Virus record (IMG/VR): IMGVR_UViG_3300049009_000900
Coordinates: 1 to 57,007 of that record
Source: a virus
Taxonomy: Duplodnaviria; Caudoviricetes
Strand: one strand, 5' to 3'
DNA length: 57,007 nt
Shown: positions 28,836 through 38,226 of the stretch, piece after piece
Numbering within the stretch: position 1 is the stretch's first letter
How the letters are laid out: each line of letters opens with the position of its first letter
Notes under the pieces: model-generated
Databases searched by the model: none
Seen by the model: only the letters and a program-made list of their open reading frames with translations
Told to the model about the DNA's origin: nothing
Program-made: the position numbers and the translations under genes

Positions 28836-31088
28836 TCAGAATATCTGGCATGCCCCACCGCTGCAGGCTATGTTTTCAGCCAGTTTGGTGTTGTCTTCCT
28901 GCTCCATCATGGTCGTGTAATCGACATCCTTGTAAACCCTGGAAAGATCTTCCCAGTGCTTGTTGTTGTTGACGTCCTTCAGAAGGTAGGTCAATTCCTT
29001 TGTGTTTCCTCCGAGATATCTTTCCGCAAACTGGTTGGCGCGGCGAACCCAATCCTTTTGCAGGTTGAAATGAAGCCATTCGGACTGGATCTTCTCTACG
29101 ATCTCATCATCGAGCTTTTCTGGCTTTGACGGCTCGACCACGGATAAGACGCCCATCGCGGCATCGCACGCCTTCCACAGGTTCCCATGAAACGCGTGAA
29201 GGGCGTCAACTATTAGACCGGAGGCGAATATCGATCCCTTGCCGTACTTCGCGACTATCTCATCGACAGTCAGAACCTTCGTGAACGGAGCCTGCGGGTA
29301 ATCAAGGTCCCCGGTAGACCCGAGAAGGGATATGCCTGCGAAACTATTCTTGTTCTCGTATATGAACTGCTCCACGGAGTCCCACTCGTCGTCGTTCACG
29401 TTGATCGTGTTCGAGACATTATGGGTGAGCCAAGGGGCTACGCATTTTTCCACCCTAGTGCCACTCCTGATCCAGTTTTCCTGGGTCAACTTGACGTATT
29501 CAAGGAGCTTCACGGCGTCGATGTCGGACTTCGTCAGGGATCCGCCCTTGGTCTCCACGAGGAAGCTGACGACCTTGTCTGTACCGTTTGCGCTCCATAC
29601 GGAGTTTTCTATGGCTATGGGATTTACGTTGGCGAAATGCTGTATGGGGTTCTCCATGGCGTTGCTCTGCACCCTTCGTATGTACCTTTTGGCATGGTGC
29701 GGGTGAATCCCGCTTGAGGTCTGGAGCAGGCAAGAAGTACTCCCCGCCGGCTTTACTGTTGTCGACCTAGCGGAAACGTTTATGCCTATCTTGCGAGCCA
29801 TCACCTCGTTGACCTCGAGGACCAAATTAGCCATCTCCCTCTGGATGGCTGGATCGAAGCATATGTCTGGGTTGTCCATCATGCCCGTTATGGACACTCC
29901 AAGCAAAGCCTCCTTTTTCGTTATGTCCTCGCTCACCCTTCCAAGATAGTCGAACTTCGTGTATCCGGACTGCAGGGTGCCTATGATGGACGCCACCTTA
30001 GCAGCCAAAGCGAAGTTGTCCTTGGACGTCAACTTCGACCCATTTATCTCGGTGAGGTTGCAAAACTGGAAGCCGGAGTTTCCGTGCTCGTCATATCCTC
30101 TCAATGAGATTTCATTGCAGGGGTTAAAAAGCTGCTCTGCGGGACAGTCGGTCCAGACGATCCCTGGCTCGCCGAACTGCCTGGTCGACTCGAACATGTT
30201 GTGGAAATCATCCCTAGTTGTGGATGATCTGTCAAGCAGGACGGAATTGTTGCTTCTCGCCCTTTGGGGATTGTCGTAATACCATGTTCCGGTCTTGGCG
30301 GTCATCATCTCTTGGTCGTCCGCCGAAAACAGGACTATGACGGCGCTTCTCCTTATTCCGCCGCTGAGGACGCAATCCGACGCGTGCAGCAGATAGTCCA
30401 TGCAGTCTATGGGTCGCATCCTTCGCATGCCGGAGTCGAGGCACTTGTTCATCAAGGTCCTGCACCTCTCCAGGCTTCCCTCCAGAGGCTTTGCCCCCGG
30501 TGCTTTGCCGATGCCATACGAAAGCATGGATCCCTGCGGTCTTATCTTCGAATAGTCAAAAGACACCTTTTTCCCATAGTACTCATAAAACTCGGAGTGT
30601 GGCATATAGGAAGCGACTAGCGCCCCGAAAGCGTCCGCCCAACCCTCTATGGAATCATCTATCTGAAACATGACTTCCCCAGAAAAGTCAGACGACCTCT
30701 CCAGACCCGCGTGGAAATTCGGAAGCTTGTTCACGTGATTCTTCGTGACGCTGACCCCTACGCCGCAGCCGCACAGTAGCAGCCATGTCGCCTCCTGGAA
30801 AAACCTCGTCCTGTCGCAGTATGCCGCGGAGCAGTTGTAGATCCTGGCTTCTTTTTTCAGTATGGGGGAACCGCCGAACTGCAAAGCCCTCTGGCTTCCG
30901 AGGGCGACCTTCTCGTGCACGTGCGAGAAGGCAAAATTTATGTCCTCGGCAGCCATGGGGTATTTCGCCAAGTGCATTTGCCTTACCCGCTCCACAGCCT
31001 CGTGCCAAGTCTCTCTCCTTCCTATCTCGCTGTTGTATCTGGCGTATCTCGAAACGAAGGTGTAATCGGACAGTGCTTTGGATGACAT
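28836..31088 (-). CDS. nrdJ: Ribonucleotide reductase, probably class II (adenosylcobalamin-dependent, RTPR-like)
   Basis: RRETW, IYNC, DSIEGWA, GGIRRSA, NPCNEI, CNLTEIN, TVKPAG and C-terminal CSGGAC. No beta subunit gene is adjacent. Confidence 0.85.
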   Translation of the reverse strand: MSSKALSDYTFVSRYARYNSEIGRRETWHEAVERVRQMHLAKYPMAAEDINFAFSHVHEKVALGSQRALQFGGSPILKKEARIYNCSAAYCDRTRFFQEATWLLLCGCGVGVSVTKNHVNKLPNFHAGLERSSDFSGEVMFQIDDSIEGWADAFGALVASYMPHSEFYEYYGKKVSFDYSKIRPQGSMLSYGIGKAPGAKPLEGSLERCRTLMNKCLDSGMRRMRPIDCMDYLLHASDCVLSGGIRRSAVIVLFSADDQEMMTAKTGTWYYDNPQRARSNNSVLLDRSSTTRDDFHNMFESTRQFGEPGIVWTDCPAEQLFNPCNEISLRGYDEHGNSGFQFCNLTEINGSKLTSKDNFALAAKVASIIGTLQSGYTKFDYLGRVSEDITKKEALLGVSITGMMDNPDICFDPAIQREMANLVLEVNEVMARKIGINVSARSTTVKPAGSTSCLLQTSSGIHPHHAKRYIRRVQSNAMENPIQHFANVNPIAIENSVWSANGTDKVVSFLVETKGGSLTKSDIDAVKLLEYVKLTQENWIRSGTRVEKCVAPWLTHNVSNTINVNDDEWDSVEQFIYENKNSFAGISLLGSTGDLDYPQAPFTKVLTVDEIVAKYGKGSIFASGLIVDALHAFHGNLWKACDAAMGVLSVVEPSKPEKLDDEIVEKIQSEWLHFNLQKDWVRRANQFAERYLGGNTKELTYLLKDVNNNKHWEDLSRVYKDVDYTTMMEQEDNTKLAENIACSGGACQIF

Positions 31089-31156
31089 CTTTACCTCTTT
31101 GTAAATTTAGTTTGGAATATATGTAAGGATCAAAAACTGTTTTTTCTTAGAAAAAA

Positions 31157-33178
31157 TCACTTTTTTATGACCGTGAAGCCTTTTTCGTGGACAAGGTCGA
31201 TGACGTCGGAAGTCTCGAGCATCCTTATGAGATCCTTGTCGTGCGTCGTTATGAACACCTGCTTGTCCAAGGATAACTCCTGTATCATGTTGAATATCCC
31301 CTGGACGCCCAGAGGATCTATGTTAGTCGTGACCTCATCCAAGAAAACCACCGAAGGTATGGTCCCGCTGCTTATCATCATGACGTCGGCGAAAGCCTGG
31401 GAGACGGACAAGTTCAACCTTCTCCTCTGGCCAGCCGACATGGCGTGGTAGATGAACGGGTCGCCGTCGGGGGGATTCCTCTCGATGATTTCGTTGAACT
31501 CGTTGTCGAACCTAAGAACTATCTTGTTTTCGATAAGGAACTGGAGCCAGTAATCTATGCGGTTGTTGAGCTGCGGTATGATTCCGTCAACCACGGTCTT
31601 CCTGATTCCCTTCTCCCCGAATCCTTGGTTCCAGTACTGGTAGTACTTGAGGTTTTCCTCGGAGTCCTTTATGGAGTCGTGTTTGGACGCGGATGCGATC
31701 TTCGCGTTTTCGTGAGACTCGTTCTCGCTGCTTATTATGTCTTCGTATGGCGACTTCGAACTAAGTTCATTCGTCTTGGTCGACATGGAATCCTGCAGCT
31801 GCTCTATCTCCTGGTTGAGGAGAAGCTCCCTGCTGTCAGCCTTTGGCTCCCTTATCTTCGCCAGTTCGGAAACCTCGCGGCGAAGGTCCCTTATCGCCAG
31901 CACCACCTTGTTGACCAGAGATTCCTTGAGCGCCAAGAAGTCCTTGACCTTCTTCATCTTTTCGGAAAGTTCAGCTATGTCGGACGAGAGTTTCTTGGCG
32001 TCCTCAAGGAGCGGGGATATCTCGCCGTTTATCGCGGATATCTCCAATTCGTCGGAGTCCACGACCCTCTGTATGTTTCCGACATCTATGACGCCGTAGC
32101 AGACTTCGCAGGTAGATCCGTGTTCGTTCGACCTCACCGAATCTATGTGCTGCCTCTTCGTCTTTATCTTTTGCTGTCTTTCCGCGATCTTCGACTTGAC
32201 TGATTCGGCTTGACCCTTGAGAGTCTGAGCCATGTCCCTCAGCTTGTCGTCTTTTTCGCGAGCTGCATCTATCTTGTCTCGGGCATCCTGCTCAGCGACT
32301 TCGTGAGTGGATATCTCGTCGCCGCACTGCTTGATTCTTGTCTGAGCTTCGTTGTACGCCAGGAGGTCGCCCCCATGGCTGGAATTAGCGAGTTGCGACT
32401 TCTTCTCTGATATCCTCGCCTTGATGGAATCTATCTCCTTGGATTTCTCGACCTTCCAGTCCGATTCCTTCTTTATAGCCTGATTCAGGCGTCTGAACGA
32501 TTCGTCCTCGGAAGCCTTGAGTAGCTCGTATTCCTTGGAAAGCATCTTGATACCGGATGTCGTCTCTGAAACCAGCCGTTTAGCCTTGTCCTGCTTCTCC
32601 CTGTAGCTCGACAGGGACAGGAGGTTCTCCACGATCTCCCTCTTGAGGGCGCTGCCCGCTTCCAGGAAAGAAGCCGACTGGTCGTCCGTGAATATGCATA
32701 TGTTGACGAAAGCCTCATAGGTCAGACCTATTGATTCCTCTATCAGCGACTGCGTGTCGTCCATCGATCCCGTCGTCAGTTCCGTGGATTCGTCCCAGAC
32801 GCCCTCCACGCTCTCCCAGAACCGCAGGCTGTTTTTCTTTCTGGTTCTGACCACCCTGTATTTGTCCCACATCAGATCTATCTTGCAGTCCTTGCCGACG
32901 ATGTTGTTTATGACTCCGTCCTTGAGTATCGCGGAAGGCTTCTTTATGGATTTCCCGTAAAGACCATAAACTATGATCTCCTGTATGCTGCTCTTGCCCG
33001 AGCCGTTAGATGAGACCCTGACCTCGTCCGAGGGCATCTCCTCCTCTTTCTTGACGTCACGGTTCTCGCCGCGTATGAACACGACCTTCCCGTAGTCGCC
33101 GAATTTTATCTCGATGCCTTGCGGACCGAAGCACAGGAAATTCCATGCGCCTATGTAGCTGAAATTTAAGTTTTTCAT
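31157..33178 (-). CDS. sbcC: SbcC/Rad50-like recombination ATPase (T4 gp46-like)
   Basis: NGSGKS Walker A, long coiled coil with CEVC zinc hook, MSAGQ signature, VFLDE and ITTH. Confidence 0.92.
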   Translation of the reverse strand: MKNLNFSYIGAWNFLCFGPQGIEIKFGDYGKVVFIRGENRDVKKEEEMPSDEVRVSSNGSGKSSIQEIIVYGLYGKSIKKPSAILKDGVINNIVGKDCKIDLMWDKYRVVRTRKKNSLRFWESVEGVWDESTELTTGSMDDTQSLIEESIGLTYEAFVNICIFTDDQSASFLEAGSALKREIVENLLSLSSYREKQDKAKRLVSETTSGIKMLSKEYELLKASEDESFRRLNQAIKKESDWKVEKSKEIDSIKARISEKKSQLANSSHGGDLLAYNEAQTRIKQCGDEISTHEVAEQDARDKIDAAREKDDKLRDMAQTLKGQAESVKSKIAERQQKIKTKRQHIDSVRSNEHGSTCEVCYGVIDVGNIQRVVDSDELEISAINGEISPLLEDAKKLSSDIAELSEKMKKVKDFLALKESLVNKVVLAIRDLRREVSELAKIREPKADSRELLLNQEIEQLQDSMSTKTNELSSKSPYEDIISSENESHENAKIASASKHDSIKDSEENLKYYQYWNQGFGEKGIRKTVVDGIIPQLNNRIDYWLQFLIENKIVLRFDNEFNEIIERNPPDGDPFIYHAMSAGQRRRLNLSVSQAFADVMMISSGTIPSVVFLDEVTTNIDPLGVQGIFNMIQELSLDKQVFITTHDKDLIRMLETSDVIDLVHEKGFTVIKK

Positions 33179-33192
33179 GCCGTGAAGATAGT

Positions 33193-33984
33193 TTATTTTA
33201 AAAATGATTTCAAGATGTGATTCGAAAAAATAGTTCTGTCCCATTGGTGGAACACCAGAAACGGGTTTCCGCCCGAGCCGCAGACCTTCCCGTTGATGAG
33301 CGATGGCTCAAAAGAGAGGAAATTCTCCTTGAAAACCTCGCCAGTCAGGCAGAAGCTGTCGGCGCTTGGATCGCTTAGGAAAACCCTCTTGTCGTCTTTG
33401 ATTTTCGAAACCAGAAAATTCATCACGGCTTGGTCCGTGCAATTCTGGTAAACCAGGCAGTTGCTCCACATCAAAAGACAAAAATCCCTCACCGACTCGC
33501 AGAAGCCCTTGCAGACGCCAGCGTTTACCACGTCCCACGAATAGTAATCCATCGATATGCCGCCATTTGCCTTTTGCACCTGCAGTTGGTCATACATGTT
33601 GAACGGCGAATCCTTGTGGAGGAATCCCTCCCTTGAGAGCACGACATTGCGCCTTGGCTCGAAACCAAAGGGATCGCCTTGCATGATTACGTCACGGCTG
33701 TCGGATATGAAAACCGGTGTTCTGCGGTCGAAACCGCTCAGGAAACTCCAGTAGTGATGCCATCTGTCCGTGAATATTCTTCCGGTGGAAGGTTTCTCCT
33801 TGAAATGGATCTGGAAGCCCCAATCCTCTATGATCTTCCTGTATTCGGCATCGATGTTGTTCGTGAGGCAGACAGCCAGGCTTTGATTTGAGTTTTCCCT
33901 GACGGAACGAAAATAACAAGCGTACTGACTCCAATTGCCGTCGTTTATGTTGCTAGCCCATGTCAGGATGATCGGCTGGATCAT
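33193..33984 (-). CDS. GT-A fold glycosyltransferase-like protein
   Basis: SDSRDVIMQGDPF, VVNAG, DQAVMN and HQWDR motifs. GAGGA RBS before ATG 33984. Confidence 0.7.
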   Translation of the reverse strand: MIQPIILTWASNINDGNWSQYACYFRSVRENSNQSLAVCLTNNIDAEYRKIIEDWGFQIHFKEKPSTGRIFTDRWHHYWSFLSGFDRRTPVFISDSRDVIMQGDPFGFEPRRNVVLSREGFLHKDSPFNMYDQLQVQKANGGISMDYYSWDVVNAGVCKGFCESVRDFCLLMWSNCLVYQNCTDQAVMNFLVSKIKDDKRVFLSDPSADSFCLTGEVFKENFLSFEPSLINGKVCGSGGNPFLVFHQWDRTIFSNHILKSFLK

Positions 33985-34687
33985 TGGCTTTCCTCTTCGA
34001 AAATATTGGCTTCTGAATGGCGATTCCTTGCTGCCCAAGCAATTCCGACTTCCATTTCGACATCAGCTCCGGGTTTTTCGATGTGAGAATCGAATCGATC
34101 ATGGAATCGAACTTCTTGTATGATTTCATCTGACCGCTGTAGTGTACGAACCTTACGTCTGGCTCTTCGGAAATCCTGGTTGGACTCGTGTAGTTCCACT
34201 TGTTCGAGACAACCTTGACGAACCTGTTCATGTTCGAGAAACCCTGCATGGAATGCCCGAATCCGCAAAAAGACTCGAACTTCCTGTATTCGCCGAGCCT
34301 GCCCCATGCCTTTTCGTCTCCGCAAATCATCCCGGAATCGCCATTTTCGGAAACCAAAAGCTCCGAATCCGAAGAAATGTCAAACAGAGGGTTTATATCT
34401 CCTTCGAAATGACCGTCTATGTCGAAGTAGGCGTAAGTTCCAGGGTTCGACTTCTGCATGTCCGACACCATTCCGATGACGCAAGACCTCATGTCCACAC
34501 ATGTCTTGGCATGCACGACATCGATGCCCATGGATCGCATCTTGTCCACGGAGCTGTTCATCCCAAAGGAAAAAGCGACGGCGATGATTTTACCTTTGTA
34601 TTTTCCCGCTTCGGCAAGGGATGAAAACCATCCGACTCCGAATCTCTGGAAATACAGTTCGTCAAAGGCAGTTACTATCGTTTTCAA
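33953..34687 (-). CDS. Divergent GT8-like glycosyltransferase
   Basis: IVTAFDELY, YFDID (DxD), WNY and FVHYSG motifs. TTG start overlaps the sbcD stop, after AAGGAG. Confidence 0.55.
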   Translation of the reverse strand: MKTIVTAFDELYFQRFGVGWFSSLAEAGKYKGKIIAVAFSFGMNSSVDKMRSMGIDVVHAKTCVDMRSCVIGMVSDMQKSNPGTYAYFDIDGHFEGDINPLFDISSDSELLVSENGDSGMICGDEKAWGRLGEYRKFESFCGFGHSMQGFSNMNRFVKVVSNKWNYTSPTRISEEPDVRFVHYSGQMKSYKKFDSMIDSILTSKNPELMSKWKSELLGQQGIAIQKPIFSKRKANDPADHPDMG

Positions 34688-35742
34688 TCTAGCTCCTTTT
34701 GGCATATCATCTTGCCGACCTCTATGAGCCTGTCCTTGTCCAGACCGTTGGCGCCGACGAGATCAACATATTGCTGTATCATGTCGTCTTCCCTCAACAT
34801 GATTGATTTCGCCTCGTCTATGACGGTCTTGTCTATCCGCTTCTTCTGCTGCCTTATCTCCAAGGACCCAATCATCTTGTCCTTGGATATATCTTTCCTC
34901 ATGTCTATGAGGTCGGTCGCAGAAAGGTCGTCCACGACTATCCTGACGAAGTTCTTGTTCAGGTCGTGCTTGTCGACATCGCTCGGGCTTATCACCAGAT
35001 GCCTTGGCGAGAACTCATTTATAATGTAGTCCTCATTCTGTGTTTTGCCGTCGAACTCTATTATGTGCTTCTGCTGGAAGGCTTCCCCGAAAGACAGTTG
35101 GAGCGGCGATCCTATGTATTCCACGTTTGGCTCGAGCCTCTGGTGCGCGTGGTAGTGACCAAGGAAAACCTTCTTGTAATTTTTGAACATCCCGGGGCTG
35201 ACCTTTACCATCTCGCCATCGTGTTCTATCGAGACGTCGGATATCGAGCTCCCGTGCAGCACAGCCCCATCCACGGCAAGGTGACCAAGGCAGTACTCTA
35301 ACTCGCCCTCTTGCTCCGAGAGAATGTCCATAGCCTTGATGGGATCATGCGTGAAAGGGATTAAATCCCAGTAGTCGCCTTCGATCTTCATCCTGGTCGG
35401 CTTGTCGACGATCACTATGTTGGGTATCGAGGAGAAAGGCATGACGCTGCTTATCGATGTCTGTTCGTTGAACCACAGGTCGTGGTTTCCGAGGACGAGA
35501 TAAACCTTGAAGTCGTTGTTGGGCAACCACTTGGAAAATATCTCGAATGTTCTCTGGTAGGTGTAGACATCTATCTTCTGGCGGTCGTGGAACAGGTCTC
35601 CCCCGAAAAGAACGCTTTTGACGCCCCTGTCCTTGGCGACGGAGAAAACCCAATCAAGGACGTACAGGCAATCCTCGAGCCTGTCCTGTCGTCTCTTGTG
35701 CGGGTGTATGTGGATGTCGGAGAAAAGAAGAACCTTGCCCAT
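34684..35742 (-). CDS. sbcD: SbcD/Mre11-like nuclease (T4 gp47-like)
   Basis: Metallophosphoesterase motifs DIH, GDLFH, GNHD, GHL, GHYH and YIGSP...SFGE. Confidence 0.92.
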   Translation of the reverse strand: MGKVLLFSDIHIHPHKRRQDRLEDCLYVLDWVFSVAKDRGVKSVLFGGDLFHDRQKIDVYTYQRTFEIFSKWLPNNDFKVYLVLGNHDLWFNEQTSISSVMPFSSIPNIVIVDKPTRMKIEGDYWDLIPFTHDPIKAMDILSEQEGELEYCLGHLAVDGAVLHGSSISDVSIEHDGEMVKVSPGMFKNYKKVFLGHYHAHQRLEPNVEYIGSPLQLSFGEAFQQKHIIEFDGKTQNEDYIINEFSPRHLVISPSDVDKHDLNKNFVRIVVDDLSATDLIDMRKDISKDKMIGSLEIRQQKKRIDKTVIDEAKSIMLREDDMIQQYVDLVGANGLDKDRLIEVGKMICQKELD

Positions 35743-35793
35743 GTCTGTCTCCAAAAAGTGCAAGATACACCATAACGAAAGACAAATCAACGG

Positions 35794-36072
35794 CTATTTT
35801 TTCTTCTCGTCCTTGTCCTTGAACATTTTCTTCCAGGCTGACCAAAGGCTGTGGGATTTTATCTTCTTGGCTGGTTTTGTCGGCGTTACGGCGCCACCGC
35901 CAGCCCCTCCGCCCATAGGTGGTGCTCCGCCCATAGGCGGCGCTCCCATAGGTGGTGCCCCTCCGCCCATAGGCGGCGCTCCCATAGGTGGCGCACCTCC
36001 GGGAGGCGCTCCTCCGGGAGGTGCGTCCGCTTCGTCCAATCTGGTTTCTATGTAGCTTGAGAATGTTTTCAT
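35794..36072 (-). CDS. Small Gly/Pro/Met-repeat protein with capsid-targeting-like N-terminus
   Basis: MKTFSSYIETRLDEA, then GAPP(G/M)G repeats and a basic tail. AGGA RBS. Confidence 0.7.
   Translation of the reverse strand: MKTFSSYIETRLDEADAPPGGAPPGGAPPMGAPPMGGGAPPMGAPPMGGAPPMGGGAGGGAVTPTKPAKKIKSHSLWSAWKKMFKDKDEKKK
35900..36025 (-). repeat. Imperfect coding tandem repeat (GAPP[M/G]G, about 7 units)
   Basis: Repeated CCCATAGG(T/C)GG(T/C)GC units on the plus strand. Confidence 0.8.
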
Positions 36073-36174
36073 GTGAACAGATTCCTAGTTGCGCCAATGA
36101 ACTAATATATATATCGATCTGATGGTTTGTTTTGGACGCCAGAAATAAAACCGAGGCAAAAACATATATATCAC

Positions 36175-36444
36175 ATGAACAGGCACGCCACGAAAACAAC
36201 TCCGAATCCTACAAGACTTGACCAAATGGAGATGGCTAGCTTCGGTCCATACATCGGCGGTTGCGGACCGCATGCCAACTTCATACCGCAGGGGGCTTGC
36301 AGCGACCAGAATACGCCGAAGGAAAACGAAGCTATAAGGAAAGGCGAAAAGCCCAGCAACATAAAAAAACGCAAAATGAAATCCGAATCGTTCGCCGAAT
36401 TCCTCGCGAGTCGAGAATCCGGACAAAGGGGCAAAAATGGCTAA
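36175..36444 (+). CDS. Hypothetical protein
   Basis: ATG 4 nt after TATATA. Contains MEMA and a C-terminal SFAEFLASRE. Confidence 0.55.
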   Translation: MNRHATKTTPNPTRLDQMEMASFGPYIGGCGPHANFIPQGACSDQNTPKENEAIRKGEKPSNIKKRKMKSESFAEFLASRESGQRGKNG

Positions 36445-36694
36445 AGAGCAGGCGAAGAAACCGGAATCTAAGAAGGTTGACACCAACCTCCAGAAGGCTA
36501 TCCTCGACATAGCATCCAACCTGAAGAAATCCTTCACGAAATACTCAAGGAACACCAGAGACAAAGCCTGGAAAAGGATCACCAGCGCCGAAGGGGAACG
36601 GGAAATCAACAAGATACTGCTGAATCCAGAAAGGCAGCTCAACACTTTTCAGAAGCTAGCGTTCAAAGAATGGATGGAAGAAAAGACATCCTAA
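36437..36694 (+). CDS. Hypothetical protein
   Basis: 85 aa, AGGGG RBS, ends in LAFKEWMEEKTS. Confidence 0.6.
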   Translation: MAKEQAKKPESKKVDTNLQKAILDIASNLKKSFTKYSRNTRDKAWKRITSAEGEREINKILLNPERQLNTFQKLAFKEWMEEKTS

Positions 36695-36812
36695 ACTGTT
36701 CATATTACTCAAGTTGAAATAAACAATATTTTCGTATTGTTTATTATATCCTCATTGTTATACTACGCCTTCGATTGTCACATATCGTGACATGGAAACA
36801 AGGAGGTGTATC

Positions 36813-37862
36813 ATGCATGCGTTCATTTTGGGTTTGATCTCTTTCATGGCTGTCAGCCAAGATGCCTACAGGATGATTTCGGAGGAAAGGCACGACATAC
36901 TCGCGTCGCACATACCGAACAGCAAGGATCTTGTTCTGAACTCCATAAGGAACAACAAAAGGTTGATCATATACACGGAAAAGGAGATTCCGCAGGCGTA
37001 CCAGGACTGGACCGGGTCTCTACCTGGGATACACAGCCCGTCGTACAACATTTCGGCTGCCAAGCCTCGCGAGAGGTTCGGCAATCCAAATGTCGAATTC
37101 CCCTGGGGCTCGCCAGCCGGCACCGAGATGGTTGCGGGGAAAAACATCAACTCCTTCAAGTTCTTGCTTTTGCCGAAGGACAAGCGGATAGAGGTGAAGA
37201 GGAAATACCTTGAGGGCGACAGGATTAAATCCTTCGTCTGGACTTTCCCGACGGACACGGTGGTCGGAGAAGTCCTGCAGATATACCACAAGGAAACGAG
37301 CTATACCTTCGAGGTCAGGACCAGAAGGAAAGGACCTGACGGTGGCTGGAAGGTCGCCATATACAAGCCTTTCAGCAATCTGAAGGAGTTCTCCCAATTC
37401 TGCTCGCAGAACAAGGTCTCCCTAGAGCACGAGGAAAAGGAAATATCCCAATCCCACCTTATCTTCAAGGGCGAAGCCATGGCGACAAACCTGAAGTCGA
37501 TACCGGAGTCATTGGTCAAGAAGGCTCTTTCCTTGGATTTCGTCAACGTGATTGGCGAGGAATGGCACAAAGAGTCTTTCGCGCCGACAACCGACGCCGA
37601 CTTCCACATAGTGCCAAAGAACTATTCCGCGGCAACCATAGCGCTGAACAGCAAGTCATGCGTTCGCTGCCACGAATCGGTTCTGAAGCACGCAAACGAA
37701 TTCGACTTTAGGCGAGATTGGTATGGTCGCGTGAGGGGAAGCGATGGAATATTCAGCTTCCATCCGTTCGAACCATCATGCATATCATACGGCGGCATTT
37801 ACCAGGGCGCCGAGATACGCAAGGAATTCATCAGCAACGGGATCGTCAATTACGAAGAGTAG
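36813..37862 (+). CDS. Putative exported protein with a single CxxCH (c-type heme) motif
   Basis: AGGAGG RBS, short hydrophobic N-terminus (MHAFILGLISFMAVS), and CVRCH at 37659-37673. Confidence 0.6.
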   Translation: MHAFILGLISFMAVSQDAYRMISEERHDILASHIPNSKDLVLNSIRNNKRLIIYTEKEIPQAYQDWTGSLPGIHSPSYNISAAKPRERFGNPNVEFPWGSPAGTEMVAGKNINSFKFLLLPKDKRIEVKRKYLEGDRIKSFVWTFPTDTVVGEVLQIYHKETSYTFEVRTRRKGPDGGWKVAIYKPFSNLKEFSQFCSQNKVSLEHEEKEISQSHLIFKGEAMATNLKSIPESLVKKALSLDFVNVIGEEWHKESFAPTTDADFHIVPKNYSAATIALNSKSCVRCHESVLKHANEFDFRRDWYGRVRGSDGIFSFHPFEPSCISYGGIYQGAEIRKEFISNGIVNYEE

Positions 37863-37871
37863 GCTGAATTC

Positions 37872-37915
37872 CAACTGCAAAATCGTGGTAAATCCATTAT
37901 CTGATTTTGCAGTTG
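37872..37915. repeat. 13-bp perfect inverted repeat (terminator or operator)
   Basis: CAACTGCAAAATC-N18-GATTTTGCAGTTG immediately after the stop at 37862. Confidence 0.7.
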
Positions 37916-37941
37916 ATTTAAAAATAACATGTCACTATGAT
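37913..37941 (+). promoter_or_regulatory. Sigma70-type promoter TTGATT-N17-TATGAT
   Basis: Near-consensus hexamers with a 17-nt spacer, 9 nt before ATG 37951. Confidence 0.5.
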
Positions 37942-37950
37942 GCTCAAACT

Positions 37951-38226
37951 ATGAAAGACCACGACACCAACTTCATTCATTCCCATTTGCTTGAGATCGT
38001 CAGGCGCGACCCAAGCGATTTCGAGCCGTTCGGGGAAACAGACAAGTCGGAGTGGAGAGACTGCTCTTCAGGCTGCTGCTTCTATTTGCCTCTGAGCGGG
38101 GAGATAGGAATGGACTGGGGCGTGTGCGCTAACGAAAAGAGCGAAAGGTCTGGATTGCTTACCTTTGAGCACCAAGGATGCAGGCACTTCGACGAAAGAT
38201 CCACCATAGGAAAGCAAGGTCATTAG
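37951..38226 (+). CDS. DUF3027-like Cys-rich protein
   Basis: CSSGCCFYLPLSGEIGMDWGVCAN...FEHQGC pattern. Confidence 0.6.
   Translation: MKDHDTNFIHSHLLEIVRRDPSDFEPFGETDKSEWRDCSSGCCFYLPLSGEIGMDWGVCANEKSERSGLLTFEHQGCRHFDERSTIGKQGH

Noticed and set aside
28836-31088. Intein or intron in the ribonucleotide reductase; class I assignment
   Set aside because: The ORF is a continuous 750 aa with no intein splice motifs or LAGLIDADG. There is no adjacent beta subunit, and the motifs fit the RTPR type (class call still needs an HMM check).
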